A stretch of DNA of 64,000 nt from Vicugna vicugna. Its lineage: Eukaryota. The notes under the pieces were generated by a model. That model was not told the origin of the DNA, did no database searches, and saw nothing but the letters and a program-made list of their open reading frames with translations. The DNA lies in assembly GCA_013265495.1 (NCBI GenBank), contig MU058824.1:1205111-1269110 (forward strand). Direction: 5' to 3'. Both the position numbers and the translations under genes were made by a program. This document shows, in pieces, positions 62,154 through 64,000 of the stretch. Every line of letters starts with the position of its first letter. Within the stretch, counting starts at the first letter, position 1.

Positions 62154-63512
62154 ATACAGATAGTGTATATCTAGGAAAGCATAAGGGTCAGGTGGGAGGG
62201 AACTACCGCTGAGTAGGAAAATCAATCCTCCATTAGGGATGAAGGGGAACCTTGAGGGCCTGGATTTGCCAAAGAGGAGGGCAGGGATTTGGGAAAGAAG
62301 GAGGATTCTTGGGTGGGGAAGAGGGGGAGGGGTGGGGGCAGACAAGGCCCAAGGGCTCTTCAAATGGAGATACCAATCCTTACATTTTAGGCTATCTGTG
62401 TTTTGCTTTAGAATCAACCCACCTAACACCCTAAGCCTCCAATAGTTTGGGGAAGACCAAGAGGCTCTGTGAAATGACTTTTGCTTGTTTGTTTTAGGGC
62501 TTGACTATTTGGGTGTTTTGAGTGATTTTAATAGAAATCAAGGAAAGGGCTCCCCCCCCCCCGGATGTAGCACAGAAGAGACAGTGAAACGACCCAGCAA
62601 GAGAGGCCACTCAGCAGGAGACATCAGCTCTAGAAGGACCTCCCAGATAATTGCAGAAGCCTTGGGGAGGGCACTGAATTCTCCCCAGGATATGGATGGC
62701 GGGGGTTCAGGCCACACTGGGGACTGCAGGGGCAGCGGCCCCAGCAGACATCTGGTTTGCACAGCTGTGGAAGTAGAAGTCTCAATCTCTATGTCAGCTT
62801 ACACAGAGTGCCCCAGTTTGCAAAGCAGTTTCACACGCATCACCTTTTATAAGCCACCACAAAAGCTGGTGATGTGCTATCAGAGAAGAGGATCAGAAGC
62901 TCAGAGTGGTGTGTAGCAGAGATGGGGGTGGAGGCCTAAGGTCAGAGCTCTTTCCTCTCTCCCCACCTGTCAACAGATGTAGAAGATGCAATGGGGGTTC
63001 ACTGCACAGGCTGCAGGAGGAGGCTTCCTTCCATGGACTGACTCTGGGGACTTGCAGAAATAAGGTAGCTTCTTTGTGTGTTCCTGATCTCTACATGGGG
63101 CCAGAGAGACTGAAACCAGTCACATATCCTCCTCATGCACCAGTTTACCCATTAGCACAAGGATAGGTCTCTCTAGGCTCCTCCCATTCTGGGAAATGAG
63201 ATCATGTAAATAAAAGCAGACCCAAAGCACCATACAGACATCAATCAATTTGTTACCTATGATTCTACGATTTCCATTACACATATTTCTGATGCATAAG
63301 AGTGGAAGCTGCCACTGCACTGGACAAATCTCCCTGCACAACCCAATTAATGTAGTAGCAACTTCTCAGGAATGTAAAGTTCTCTTCCATTCTACTTTGA
63401 CACACTCTAGCTCTGTGCTTTAGGAGCACAAAGGATTCCAAACCAACCCAACTTAGTTTCAACGGGGGTGTCTGGGCAGGAACCTCACTCTAGGGCAGTG
63501 GTGGATACACAC

Positions 63513-63578
63513 CGGAGGCCCGACCAGCTCAGGAATGTCCGAGAGATTCATGAATCCATGCGTGATGTTGACCAAAGA
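63513..63578 (-). CDS. COL15A1: COL15A1 coding exon (~ex22, numbered back from a 42-exon model): SLVNITHGFMNLSDIPELVGPP
   Basis: ttttcag acceptor, gtgtgt donor, 66 nt; matches human SLINITHGFMNFSDIPELVGPP. Confidence 0.95.
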
Positions 63579-64000
63579 CTGAAAAGAGAAAAAAAATCAG
63601 ACAGTGAGACAGAAGGTAGCCTGTGTTCCTCCTTGTTCCTGGCAGTGAGGCTGTACCTGAAGCACCTGCATGGCGGACAAAGGCAGACACTGGTAACACC
63701 CCAACTCACTTTCAACACACCCTCCCACTCCTCGTACCATAACCCCAGGCCGCCTTACCACTGTCCTCTTACGATTAGTCTCAAAATTGCACCATACATT
63801 AATGCCTTCTTTCTTTTACAATTCTAAAGATACATTTATATATTTAAAATACACGTGCCAACAGAAAAGTGTGGTTGGGGTGTGTGTGTGTTTGTCCACA
63901 TGGTTATTTTATACCCATGGCATCAGGTTGCATGTATCAATCTTCAGCTTGCTTTTTTCACGCAATCATACAGCATGTAGGTCTTTGCACGTAGAATTTT

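Noticed and set aside
1..64000. CRISPR array, operon-like or otherwise novel multi-gene system
   Set aside because: No repeat-spacer array and no unexplained coding region; the window is accounted for by two known mammalian genes, introns and common repeats

Overview
Mammalian genomic DNA, probably camelid (inferred from a vic-1-like tRNA-derived SINE), spanning the COL15A1-TGFBR1 junction with both genes on the minus strand. It contains the last 21 coding exons of COL15A1 (63578 down to the stop at 33626; all GT-AG and phase-consistent, covering the interrupted collagen region, the trimerization domain and the endostatin-like domain) and its 3'UTR. About 30 kb of repeat-rich intergenic DNA (L1, L2, MIR, MaLR/ERVL LTRs, DNA transposons) follows, then the TGFBR1 CpG-island promoter, exon 1 (CDS 1935-2019) and the start of intron 1. 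I find no evidence of a new biological system; nearly all ORFs in the supplied track are spurious. The most notable local oddities are a 92-bp tandem duplication in TGFBR1 intron 1 that doubles a YY1 motif, a roughly 490-bp-arm diverged inverted repeat 8-10 kb upstream of TGFBR1, a tail-only A59 retroposon insertion near a COL15A1 acceptor, an L1 inserted beside a branch point, and Gly substitutions at the start of one collagen exon. Repeat family names, exon numbers and human/mouse comparisons come from recall, not database searches; repeat boundaries are approximate.
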